Below are positions 18,260 through 29,352 of a stretch of 30,862 nucleotides of DNA, piece by piece. The number at the start of each line of letters is the position of its first letter. Positions within the stretch are counted from its first letter, which is position 1. The notes below the pieces were generated by a model, which did not search any database, was not told where the DNA came from, and worked only from the letters and a program-made list of their open reading frames with translations. Made by a program: the position numbers and the translations under genes. Origin of the DNA: a virus (Duplodnaviria; Heunggongvirae; Uroviricota; Caudoviricetes); the IMG/VR virus record IMGVR_UViG_3300042398_001452; one strand, written 5' to 3'.

Positions 18260-19666
18260 ATGATAATAGATATAGAGAACACAGGGAATTCTTTATCAGT
18301 TTCACATTATACAGAAGAGGGAGATGTTAATTTGTTAAAAATACCAGTTCCCAAGCATTTACAATTTGTTTGGCAAAAAACCTCTGAGAATGATAAAAAC
18401 AAGGATAAAGATTGGAGATCATGGGATAATTTTCCAATTAAAAAAGTATCTTCTAGTAAATTCGATAAGTATAGGGTAGTAGAAATATTAGAGGCTATAG
18501 ATCCTCATGTTACCAAACCCCTATGGGATTATCAGACACCTAAAAAATATTTTGTCGATATCGAGGTAGAAATAACAGATAATCGAGCGGATTCGTTAGA
18601 TACTGAGAATTCTAAAAATAGGGTACTTTCAATAGGTATGGCTTCGTCACATGGTAAAATTTTAGTCATAGGATTAGAGGACATTTCTCCTGATAGAATT
18701 CTTAAGATTGAAAAAAGAATAAAAGACCACTTTAAAGATCTTCCAGGGGAATGGACATTTAATTATAGAAAATTTGATAGCGAATTTGATATGCTATACA
18801 CTTTTCTTTCTAAGCTTGTACCAAAAATGCCTTTAATTACTGGATGGAACTGGTTTGGGTATGACTGGCCTTATCTTATAAACAGAGCAAAAAGATTAGG
18901 GATAGATCCAAAAATAGCTTCTCCTAGTGGTATTCTTTTAGGTATGAATCAAATACCTATGCACGTACTTATGGTGGATTACCTTGATATCTATAAGAAA
19001 TGGGATAGAGTAATAAAAATAAGGGAATCCAATTCTTTAGATTACGTAGCTAATCAAGCAGTAGGGTTAAAGAAAATTTCGTACAACGGGACACTTAAAG
19101 ATTTATATGAATCCGACTTTGAAACATTCATATTTTACAATGCGGTAGACTGTGTGTTAGTCCATTATATAGATAAAAGATTAGATACTCTTTCCACATT
19201 TTTTAAGATTGCAGAGGTTAGCAGAGTAGAAATTAATAGGGCCTTATCTCCCGTATGGACTACTGAAGTATTGATGCTAAGAAAATTCTTGGAGAGAAAA
19301 AGAATTATAGTTAACGAAAGAAAGGGAGAATCCCACGTAAAATTCGAAGGAGCTTATGTTAAGAAACCAGAGAAGGGATTATATGAATGGATTGCTTGTT
19401 TTGACTTTGCATCACTATATCCTAATACAATGATGCAATGGGGAATATCTCCAGAAGCTTATATAGGTAAGAATCTTAAAGAAATACCAGAAGGAGCAAT
19501 AAAAACTTCTTCAGGTGCGGTATTTTATAACAAGGATGGGGATGAGCCTATTCTTAGAGAGATATTAAAAGGACTTTATTCTCAAAGAAAAGCTACTAAG
19601 AAGAAATACTTTGAATGTGAAAAAGAAATAGAAAAAATAAAAAAAGCAATAAAATCAAAATCATAA
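18260..19666 (+). CDS. 43: Family B DNA polymerase, N-terminal subunit only (3'-5' exonuclease, palm motif A and first fingers helix); gp43A-like
   Basis: ExoI FVDIEVE, ExoII TGWNWFGYDWPYL, ExoIII YNAVD, FEGAYV and motif A FDFASLYP. It stops at TAA after LYSQRKATKKK...; motif B (KxxxNSxYG) and motif C (YxDTDS) are absent. Confidence 0.9.
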   Translation: MIIDIENTGNSLSVSHYTEEGDVNLLKIPVPKHLQFVWQKTSENDKNKDKDWRSWDNFPIKKVSSSKFDKYRVVEILEAIDPHVTKPLWDYQTPKKYFVDIEVEITDNRADSLDTENSKNRVLSIGMASSHGKILVIGLEDISPDRILKIEKRIKDHFKDLPGEWTFNYRKFDSEFDMLYTFLSKLVPKMPLITGWNWFGYDWPYLINRAKRLGIDPKIASPSGILLGMNQIPMHVLMVDYLDIYKKWDRVIKIRESNSLDYVANQAVGLKKISYNGTLKDLYESDFETFIFYNAVDCVLVHYIDKRLDTLSTFFKIAEVSRVEINRALSPVWTTEVLMLRKFLERKRIIVNERKGESHVKFEGAYVKKPEKGLYEWIACFDFASLYPNTMMQWGISPEAYIGKNLKEIPEGAIKTSSGAVFYNKDGDEPILREILKGLYSQRKATKKKYFECEKEIEKIKKAIKSKS

Positions 19667-19669
19667 ATT

Positions 19670-20176
19670 ATGGCAAATACAGATAACACTTGTGCAAAAT
19701 TAGAAATCGAGGATCTTTGGACTGACGCTACACATACTCCAAAGTATGATCGCGAAAAAATTACAATAGGTTCTGACACGCTTGGAGACATTTTAAATCT
19801 ACAATCAGAAACACAAAAGAGCGTATATGGATATGACTTTCAAAGTATGTCTCTTAGAGAAATTATGGAGTTCTGGCATATGAACAACCACGCAATGATA
19901 GATGAAATACACGAGGCTACTGATGCACTTGGAGGTATTAGCCAAGGTGGAAATGCAATTTGGAAAAAGTGGAAAAAAGCTTATCCTGAATATTCGGATA
20001 AGAAATTTTCAGATCTTTCTTCGGAAGATCAATTAGAATGCAAATTCGAAATAGTTGACATGCTACACTTCTTTATGAATTATGCTGCTTCAATAGGTAT
20101 GACCTCAAAAGAAATGTATAATATGTATATGAGTAAAAATAAAGAGAATAGAGAACGTCAAAAAAGAGGATATTAA
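19670..20176 (+). CDS. 56: dCTP/dUTP pyrophosphatase (T4 gp56-like, all-alpha dimeric dUTPase family)
   Basis: [44 protein letters not shown] and [13 protein letters not shown] closely parallel T4 gp56. Confidence 0.9.
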   Translation: MANTDNTCAKLEIEDLWTDATHTPKYDREKITIGSDTLGDILNLQSETQKSVYGYDFQSMSLREIMEFWHMNNHAMIDEIHEATDALGGISQGGNAIWKKWKKAYPEYSDKKFSDLSSEDQLECKFEIVDMLHFFMNYAASIGMTSKEMYNMYMSKNKENRERQKRGY

Positions 20177-20198
20177 AATATATAAAGATAAAGAATTT

Positions 20199-21179
20199 AT
20201 GGAAAAATTACTAACACCAAACCCGAAGAGATTCTCATTGTTCCCTGTACAAGAACATGACATTTGGACAATGTACAAAACTGCTGAAGCTTCGTTTTGG
20301 ACTGCGGAAGAAATCGATCTAGCACAAGATATTTCACACTGGAGGGATAAGCTTAATGATAACGAAAGATATTTTATTAAGCATGTAATTGCTTTCTTTA
20401 ATAATTCTGATGGTATAGTTAATGAAAATCTTGCCGCAAACTTTTTCAATCAGGTTCAATACCCAGAAGCAAGATGCTTCTATGGATTTCAATTAGCTAT
20501 CGAAAATATACACGGAGAAACATATTCTCTCCTTATAGATTCTTACATATCTGATGAGGAAGAAAAAGAACACCTATTCAATGCAATAGATACTGTTCCT
20601 TCGGTTAAAAGAAAAGCTGATTGGGCAATGAAATGGATCGAGAACGGTTCATTCACAGAAACATTAATAGCATTTGCAGCAGTTGAAGGAATTTTCTTTT
20701 CTGGATCTTTCTGTTCTATATTCTGGTTAAAGAAAAGAGGACTAATGCCAGGACTATGTTTTGCTAATGAATTAATATCCAGGGACGAGGGATTGCATTG
20801 TGATTTTGCTTGTTTACTTTACACTAGACACATCGAAAATAAACTTCCAGAAGAAACAGTTATGGAGATAATTAGAGAAGCTGTAGAGATCGAAAAAGAG
20901 TTTGTTACTTCTTCCTTACCAGTAAGACTAATTGGTATGAATTCAGATCTTATGTGTGAGTATATTGAATTTGTTGCAGATAGACTATTAGTTTCACTTG
21001 GATGTTCTAAGATTTATAATACAAAATGTCCTTTCGACTTTATGGTTAATATAGCATTAGAAAACAAAGGTAACTTCTTTGAAGGAAGAGTGGGATCTTA
21101 TCAGAAATCAGGTGTTATGGATAGTACTAAGGATAATAAAGATTCAGGTAAAGCATTTACTATGGATGCTGAATTTTAA
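20199..21179 (+). CDS. nrdB: Ribonucleotide reductase class Ia beta subunit
   Basis: [26 protein letters not shown] (iron ligands and radical Tyr), [16 protein letters not shown] and NFFE; C-terminal FTMDAEF. Confidence 0.97.
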   Translation: MEKLLTPNPKRFSLFPVQEHDIWTMYKTAEASFWTAEEIDLAQDISHWRDKLNDNERYFIKHVIAFFNNSDGIVNENLAANFFNQVQYPEARCFYGFQLAIENIHGETYSLLIDSYISDEEEKEHLFNAIDTVPSVKRKADWAMKWIENGSFTETLIAFAAVEGIFFSGSFCSIFWLKKRGLMPGLCFANELISRDEGLHCDFACLLYTRHIENKLPEETVMEIIREAVEIEKEFVTSSLPVRLIGMNSDLMCEYIEFVADRLLVSLGCSKIYNTKCPFDFMVNIALENKGNFFEGRVGSYQKSGVMDSTKDNKDSGKAFTMDAEF

Positions 21180-21201
21180 TTTAGTAACATATCCCCGTTT
21201 G

Positions 21202-23677
<2,476 letters not shown>

Positions 23678-23686
23678 TATATTAAA

Positions 23687-24010
23687 ATGGAAGAATGGTA
23701 TTATTTAAATATTGAATTACGTTTAGGTAATTTTACTAATAGATATTGTTTATCTAGAGAATCTTTAAATCTGATGAGTGAATTAGAGATTAAAGAAAAT
23801 TTAGATACATTATATAATTTATCATCGGTCGAAGTTTTAACAAACGGTACAAATATGATAAGCTGGGAAAATCTTGTATTAAATATAACATATTTGAATG
23901 GAGATGCTTTTAATTCCCAATCAATGTCTAGAGAAGATTTCGATTACGATTCTTCTATATCCCCAGTAGGAGATATTTTATACGAAATGTATAACAATCT
24001 AATACAATAA
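23687..24010 (+). CDS. Hypothetical protein, probably co-inserted with the fibre gene
   Basis: 107-aa acidic ORF starting 9 nt after the fibre stop. Confidence 0.55.
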   Translation: MEEWYYLNIELRLGNFTNRYCLSRESLNLMSELEIKENLDTLYNLSSVEVLTNGTNMISWENLVLNITYLNGDAFNSQSMSREDFDYDSSISPVGDILYEMYNNLIQ

Positions 24011-24047
24011 GATATAATTTATTTTATTAGTATGGGTGAATATTCAC

Positions 24048-24074
24048 GAAACTAATCTTGTTTTAAAAATAAAA
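24048..24074 (+). promoter_or_regulatory. Putative early/middle promoter GAAAC-N17-TAAAA upstream of nrdA
   Basis: GAAAC at 24048-24052 and TAAAA at 24070, abutting the palindrome GTGAATATTCAC (24036-24047). Confidence 0.5.
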
Positions 24075-24088
24075 TAATAAAATAAAAA

Positions 24089-26455
24089 ATGGAAGTAATT
24101 AAGAGAGATGGCTCTAGGGAAAGAGTGAAATTGGATAAGATTCTTAATAGAGTTAAGAAGCAGTGTTATGGTTTAAACATGGATTATATAGAGCCAATGG
24201 AAATAGCCAAAAAAGTTATCCATGGTCTTTATGATGGAATTACTTCTATTGAATTAGATACATTGGCAGCAGAAACCGCAGCTGCATTAACACCTACACA
24301 TCCTGATTATTCTATACTAGCTTCCAGAATATGTGTTACTTCTTTACATAAAAGAACACCTAAAAGTTTTTCTCAGGTAATAGATCAGCTTTATAATTAT
24401 GTTGATCCTAAGACTGGATTAAAAGCTCCGATGATTGCTGATGATGTTTATGAGATAATCATGAATAACTCTAAGGATATAGATTCTCAAATTATTACAG
24501 ATAGGGATTTAGACTATGATTATTTTGGATTTAAGACATTAGAGAAATCATATCTATTAAAGATAGATGGCCAGCCATCAGAAAGACCACAACAGATGTT
24601 AATGCGAGTTGCTATAGGTATACATAAAAATGATCTGACATCTGCTTATAAGACTTATGATCTTATGAGTCAGGGATATTTTACACATGCTACTCCCACA
24701 TTATTCAATTCAGGAACTAGAAGACCTCAGCTTTCTTCTTGTTTTTTAGTTTCTATGGATGATGACTCTATTCAAGGAATTTATAAAACTTTATCTGACG
24801 TAGCTCAAATTTCAAAAAATGCAGGAGGTATTGGATTACATATTCATAATGTAAGAGGAACAGGAGCTTATATTAAAGGAACCAACGGTACTTCTAATGG
24901 AATTATTCCGATGTTAAAAGTATTTAATGAAACAGCTAGATACGTAGATCAAGGAGGAGGTAGAAGAAAAGGATCTTTTGCTATTTATCTAGAGCCTTGG
25001 CATTGCGATGTTGAGGATTTCTTAAATCTTAGAAAGAATCACGGTAAAGAAGAAATGAGAGCTAGAGATCTTTTCTTAGCTTTATGGACTCCTGATTTAT
25101 TTATGGAGAGGGTAAGAGATAATGGAGATTGGACTTTATTTTCTCCAGACGAAGCTCCTGGATTAGATGATGCTTATGGTGATGCTTTTAATAAGCTTTA
25201 CACTAAATATGAATCTGAGGGAAGAGGAAGAAAAACAGTGAAAGCTCAAGATCTTTGGTATAAAATAATAGAGGCACAAATTGAAACAGGGACTCCTTAT
25301 ATTCTTTATAAGGATTCGGCTAATATAAAATCAAACCAGAAGAATCTTGGTACTATTAAATCTTCTAATCTTTGTACAGAGATTATAGAATATTCAGATT
25401 CTAAAGAAACTGCCGTTTGTAATTTAGCTTCTATTGCACTTCCTAAATTCATTATTCCTGGAAAGAAACCTAAGTATGATTTTAATGCTCTTAGAGACAT
25501 AGCTTATACCGCTACAATCAATCTTAATAGAGTAATTGATGTTAACTATTATCCAACTAAAGAGACTAAGACTTCTAATATGAAGCACCGTCCAATTGGT
25601 ATAGGTGTACAAGGATTAGCTGATACGTTTGCAATCTTAAAAATACCTTTTGAGTCTGAGGAAGCTAAACAATTGGATCGTGAAATTTTCGAAGCAATAT
25701 ATTACGGAGCTATGTGTGCTTCGGTTGATCTTGCTGAAAAAGAAGGAGCTTACCAATCATTTAAAGGATCTCCTCTATCTAAAGGCCTATTCCAGTTTGA
25801 CCTATGGAATGAAAAGCCAGGAACAAGATGGGACTGGGAAGATTTAAGGGAAAGAGTAAAAACACATGGAGCTAGAAACTCCCTACTTTTAGCACCAATG
25901 CCTACAGCATCAACTAGTCAAATTCTTGGAAACAATGAGTGCTTTGAGCCTTTTACTTCTAATATCTATATTAGAAAAACACTATCCGGTGAATTTCCTG
26001 TAGTTAATAAACACTTAGTGAAAGACCTAGTTAAATTAGGATTATGGAATGATTCTTTAAGAGACAAGATTATTATTAATAACGGATCAGTTCAAGACAT
26101 AAAAGAAATACCTGAGGATTTAAAGGCTATTTACAAAACTGCTTGGGAGATGAGTCAGAAAGTTATTATAGATCATGCTGCTATAAGATCTCCTTTCATT
26201 TGTCAGAGTCAGAGTATGAATCTTTTTGTACAGGACGCAAACTTTGCTAAATTGTCTTCAGCTCACTTCTATGGATGGAGTAAGGGATTAAAGACTGGTA
26301 GCTATTATATTAGAACTAAAGCTGCTACAACAGCAATAAAAGGATTAGGAATAGACACTTCAAGATCAGAGGATATAAAATCGGAAGACGATAATTACAG
26401 TGATCTAGTTTGTAGCATAGATAATCCAGAGGATTGTGAAGCTTGTGGATCTTAA
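24089..26455 (+). CDS. nrdA: Ribonucleotide reductase class Ia alpha subunit with ATP cone
   Basis: VIKRDG ATP cone, [42 protein letters not shown] and C-terminal CEACGS. No intein or intron seen. Confidence 0.98.
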   Translation: MEVIKRDGSRERVKLDKILNRVKKQCYGLNMDYIEPMEIAKKVIHGLYDGITSIELDTLAAETAAALTPTHPDYSILASRICVTSLHKRTPKSFSQVIDQLYNYVDPKTGLKAPMIADDVYEIIMNNSKDIDSQIITDRDLDYDYFGFKTLEKSYLLKIDGQPSERPQQMLMRVAIGIHKNDLTSAYKTYDLMSQGYFTHATPTLFNSGTRRPQLSSCFLVSMDDDSIQGIYKTLSDVAQISKNAGGIGLHIHNVRGTGAYIKGTNGTSNGIIPMLKVFNETARYVDQGGGRRKGSFAIYLEPWHCDVEDFLNLRKNHGKEEMRARDLFLALWTPDLFMERVRDNGDWTLFSPDEAPGLDDAYGDAFNKLYTKYESEGRGRKTVKAQDLWYKIIEAQIETGTPYILYKDSANIKSNQKNLGTIKSSNLCTEIIEYSDSKETAVCNLASIALPKFIIPGKKPKYDFNALRDIAYTATINLNRVIDVNYYPTKETKTSNMKHRPIGIGVQGLADTFAILKIPFESEEAKQLDREIFEAIYYGAMCASVDLAEKEGAYQSFKGSPLSKGLFQFDLWNEKPGTRWDWEDLRERVKTHGARNSLLLAPMPTASTSQILGNNECFEPFTSNIYIRKTLSGEFPVVNKHLVKDLVKLGLWNDSLRDKIIINNGSVQDIKEIPEDLKAIYKTAWEMSQKVIIDHAAIRSPFICQSQSMNLFVQDANFAKLSSAHFYGWSKGLKTGSYYIRTKAATTAIKGLGIDTSRSEDIKSEDDNYSDLVCSIDNPEDCEACGS

Positions 26456-26463
26456 AATATATT

Positions 26464-27120
26464 ATGGAAAAAAAGAACAAAGTAAAAACAATTGCTAATT
26501 TCAAAGAATTCGTAAAAGAATTCGGAGATATTGACGGAAAAGAAAATCTTGAAGAAATTCCTTGTATTATTTTAGCTGGTCCTCCAGGATGTGGAAAGGG
26601 AACACAAGCTAAAATAATATCCAAGGGGATGAGATGGAAACATATATCAACTGGAGACATTTTAAGAGATTCAGGGGATAAGGATATAAAGAAAATGATG
26701 AAGAGCGGGGAATTACTTCCTGACGATCTAGTAGGTAAGGAACTAATTTCATATCTTAAAGAATATTCCAAACATCACGATCCTAAGGGATTTATATTTG
26801 ACGGCTATCCAAGAAATCTTGCACAAAGGGATATATTTGAAGAAATATGTAGAGTAAATAATTTAAAATTAGTCTATGTTTTCTTTTTGAATGCCCCTGA
26901 ATCCTTATTAAGAAAAAGAATAGAGGACAGAGGAAAAACATCCGGCAGATCAGATGATAGAAGTGAAAAAGCTTTTAATAAAAGAATGGAAGAGTATAAC
27001 GAACAGACTCTACCTATGATAGAGTCTATGAGAAATGGATCTAATTTTATAGAAATATCATCAAATAGGTCTTTGGAAGAAATATCTTCATTGATATTTA
27101 AGAAATTAGATGAAATTTAA
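26464..27120 (+). CDS. adk: Adenylate kinase (short LID) with an extra N-terminal capsid-targeting-like leader
   Basis: GPPGCGKGTQA, HISTGDILR, GELLPDD, FDGYPR and RGKTSGRSDD. ATG 26464 preferred because 26443 overlaps nrdA. Confidence 0.93.
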   Translation: MEKKNKVKTIANFKEFVKEFGDIDGKENLEEIPCIILAGPPGCGKGTQAKIISKGMRWKHISTGDILRDSGDKDIKKMMKSGELLPDDLVGKELISYLKEYSKHHDPKGFIFDGYPRNLAQRDIFEEICRVNNLKLVYVFFLNAPESLLRKRIEDRGKTSGRSDDRSEKAFNKRMEEYNEQTLPMIESMRNGSNFIEISSNRSLEEISSLIFKKLDEI

Positions 27121-27139
27121 TCGGAAAATCTTTGTATAA
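27112..27139 (+). promoter_or_regulatory. Putative early/middle promoter GAAAT-N18-TATAA
   Basis: One-mismatch copy of the motif with the same spacing, upstream of ATG 27158. Confidence 0.4.
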
Positions 27140-27157
27140 CTATTAAAATTAAATAAA

Positions 27158-28384
27158 ATGGCTAAAGCTAAAAAAGAACCAACTGAAGAAGTTAAGGATA
27201 AAAAACAACCTACTATCTGTTTAACAATGATAGTTAAAAATGAATCTCAAGTAATTAGAAGATGTATAGATTCAGTAAGGGATTATATTAATTATTGGGT
27301 TATTGTAGATACTGGATCTACTGACGGTACTCAGGATCTTATAAAAGAGATAATGGCCGAATATGAAATTCCTGGGGAACTACACGAAAGACCTTGGGTT
27401 GATTTTGGACATAATAGAACAGAGAGTTTAAATTATTCTAAAGATAAGTCAGATTATAGACTTATAATAGATGCAGACGACGTATTAGTAGTTGAAAATC
27501 CAGAGGTTAATCCATTTTTAAATATAGATAAAGACTTCTATAAAATAAAGCTAAGATTAGGATCTCTTGCTTATTATAGATCTCAGGTTATAAGAGGTAA
27601 CCAGGATTGGAAATACGTAGGTGTTTTACATGAATATTTATCTGGTCCAGAGGGAGTTTCTTTAGAGGAGGATTTCTTAGAAGGAGTAGAGATGCACGCA
27701 TCCGTATCCGGCCATAATAGAGATATTAAAGGAAAGGACAAATATTATAATGATGCTTTAATATTTGAGAAAGCTATTCTTACAACTCCTAAGGAAGATC
27801 TACCGATAGATTTGGAAAGAAGATACGTATTCTATATGGCACAAAGCTATAGAGACGCAGGTATGAACGAAAGATCTATTGAAGCATATGAAAGGAGAGT
27901 TGATCTAGGTGGATGGAACGAGGAGGTTTATATTTCTAAGTACTGGGTTGCTAGACAAAAACAAACAATTGGTAAGCCTGATGAAGAAGTAATTGATGCT
28001 TATCTAAAAGCATGGGAATATAGACCTAATAGATTAGAATCATTATATCATCTAATTAAATTCCTAGGAAGCAAAAAGAGATATGCTCTAGCTTTTGCTC
28101 TTTCAGCAATAGGAATGAAAACTGGACCTTGTTCAGATATTCTTTTTGTAGAGGATGAAATATGGAAATGGAGAATGCCTGATGAGTATTCTGTTCTTGC
28201 TTACTATAACGGAAATCCGGAAGAAGCTTTAAAAACAACCAATATACTTATTAACTCCCCTATATTTGAAAAGATATTTAAGGGTGAGCAGGATCGTATA
28301 AAGAAGAATCTAGATTTTTATCAGAAAGCTATAGATAGAAAAAACGGAATAGAGGAGCCAGCTGAGGAATTACAGGAATCATAG
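27158..28384 (+). CDS. GT2-family glycosyltransferase with C-terminal TPR-like repeats
   Basis: ICLTMIVKNE, IVDTGSTDGT, WVDFGHNR, IDADD (DxD) and GVLHE, followed by helical repeats (RYVFYMAQSYRD, AYLKAWEYRPNRLE). Confidence 0.9.
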   Translation: MAKAKKEPTEEVKDKKQPTICLTMIVKNESQVIRRCIDSVRDYINYWVIVDTGSTDGTQDLIKEIMAEYEIPGELHERPWVDFGHNRTESLNYSKDKSDYRLIIDADDVLVVENPEVNPFLNIDKDFYKIKLRLGSLAYYRSQVIRGNQDWKYVGVLHEYLSGPEGVSLEEDFLEGVEMHASVSGHNRDIKGKDKYYNDALIFEKAILTTPKEDLPIDLERRYVFYMAQSYRDAGMNERSIEAYERRVDLGGWNEEVYISKYWVARQKQTIGKPDEEVIDAYLKAWEYRPNRLESLYHLIKFLGSKKRYALAFALSAIGMKTGPCSDILFVEDEIWKWRMPDEYSVLAYYNGNPEEALKTTNILINSPIFEKIFKGEQDRIKKNLDFYQKAIDRKNGIEEPAEELQES

Positions 28385-28393
28385 GCCTACTCG

Positions 28394-28401
28394 GATATAT
28401 A
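28394..28401 (+). promoter_or_regulatory. Putative late-type promoter motif GATATATA
   Basis: Intergenic, 19 nt before a gene beginning MRILRFEQFLNES. Confidence 0.5.
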
Positions 28402-28420
28402 ACATAAAAAGTTATATAAA

Positions 28421-28903
28421 ATGAGAATTCTAAGATTTGAGCAGTTCCTTAACGAGTCCACTTACAATGTTGGTATACCTCTTTATAGAGGATCTAGTTT
28501 TCAACCGGAAAGAACTATAAAAAGAAATAAATTTATAGGCGAATTAAAAGATCTCCTTTCGCAAGTTGCAAACGGAACATTATCTGAAATCACTGTTATT
28601 GCAGAAATACCAGCACAAGGTAAAAATGCTCCACAATATCTGAAAGACATATATTCAGAAATGGGATATGATCCATCTAAAGAAATGGAAGATGAATACG
28701 ATCCAGAGACTGATGTTTATATGGGAGATAGAAGTAGAACAGCGGATGAGCCTACAAGAAATATATTTATAGACTCTGAATTTTTAGTTAAAGATGTAGA
28801 TGAAACTAGAGGAGTAATTATAGCTGTACCTTATTCTTTAAAGAGAAAGAATGTTATGGTTGAACTTACTCCAGATATTATAGACGAGGCTTTTATTAAA
28901 TAA
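28421..28903 (+). CDS. Hypothetical protein with capsid-targeting-like N-terminus
   Basis: Begins MRILRFEQFLNE-S. Confidence 0.6.
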   Translation: MRILRFEQFLNESTYNVGIPLYRGSSFQPERTIKRNKFIGELKDLLSQVANGTLSEITVIAEIPAQGKNAPQYLKDIYSEMGYDPSKEMEDEYDPETDVYMGDRSRTADEPTRNIFIDSEFLVKDVDETRGVIIAVPYSLKRKNVMVELTPDIIDEAFIK

Positions 28904-28904
28904 T

Positions 28905-29264
28905 ATGGACTTTGAAGATTTTTACATAGCAAAAATAGGAGATCACACTTTTATTTTAGAAGAATGTAAAGATTTACCAAAAGGACTTTCACAAAGAGAG
29001 CATCTCCACGAAAACGAGGGGATGCTTTTTAATTTTAATGATTCCGGTTATAAATCTTTCCATATGAAGGGGTGTATAATACCTCTTGATATAATATTCC
29101 TTAAAGAGGGTAAGATCGAAAAAATATATCACAATTGTAATCCTTGTGAATTAAACGAATGTGAGAAATTCGAACATGAATCCGCTGACACTGTAATAGA
29201 ATTAAAAGGCGGAACTTGTAATAAGAACAATATAAGTGAAGGGCTAATCTATAGGCTCATGTAG
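28905..29264 (+). CDS. DUF192 family protein
   Basis: KGLS.RE.L..NEGMLF, FHMK...IPLDIIF and VIELKGG. Confidence 0.85.
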   Translation: MDFEDFYIAKIGDHTFILEECKDLPKGLSQREHLHENEGMLFNFNDSGYKSFHMKGCIIPLDIIFLKEGKIEKIYHNCNPCELNECEKFEHESADTVIELKGGTCNKNNISEGLIYRLM

Positions 29265-29293
29265 GAAACTTTTCCAACCTTTTGCTGTTAAAA
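29265..29293 (+). promoter_or_regulatory. Putative early/middle promoter GAAAC-N18-TTAAA upstream of the topoisomerase gene
   Basis: GAAAC at 29265-29269, directly after the DUF192 stop; TTAAAA at 29288. Confidence 0.4.
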
Positions 29294-29352
29294 ATATACG
29301 ACGTGGTATAGCGGGGGGTATATTTCAATTTTAAAAACAGAAGATATAAATA

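Noticed and set aside
19560-19720. Read-through, frameshift or split intein to explain the short polymerase
   Set aside because: The stop is TAA, the next gene is an intact gp56 homologue, and no intein motif or polymerase motif B/C continuation is visible.
29265-29352. tRNA or other ncRNA in the longest intergenic gaps
   Set aside because: The gaps are under 90 nt and show no cloverleaf or T-loop (GTTCRA) signature.
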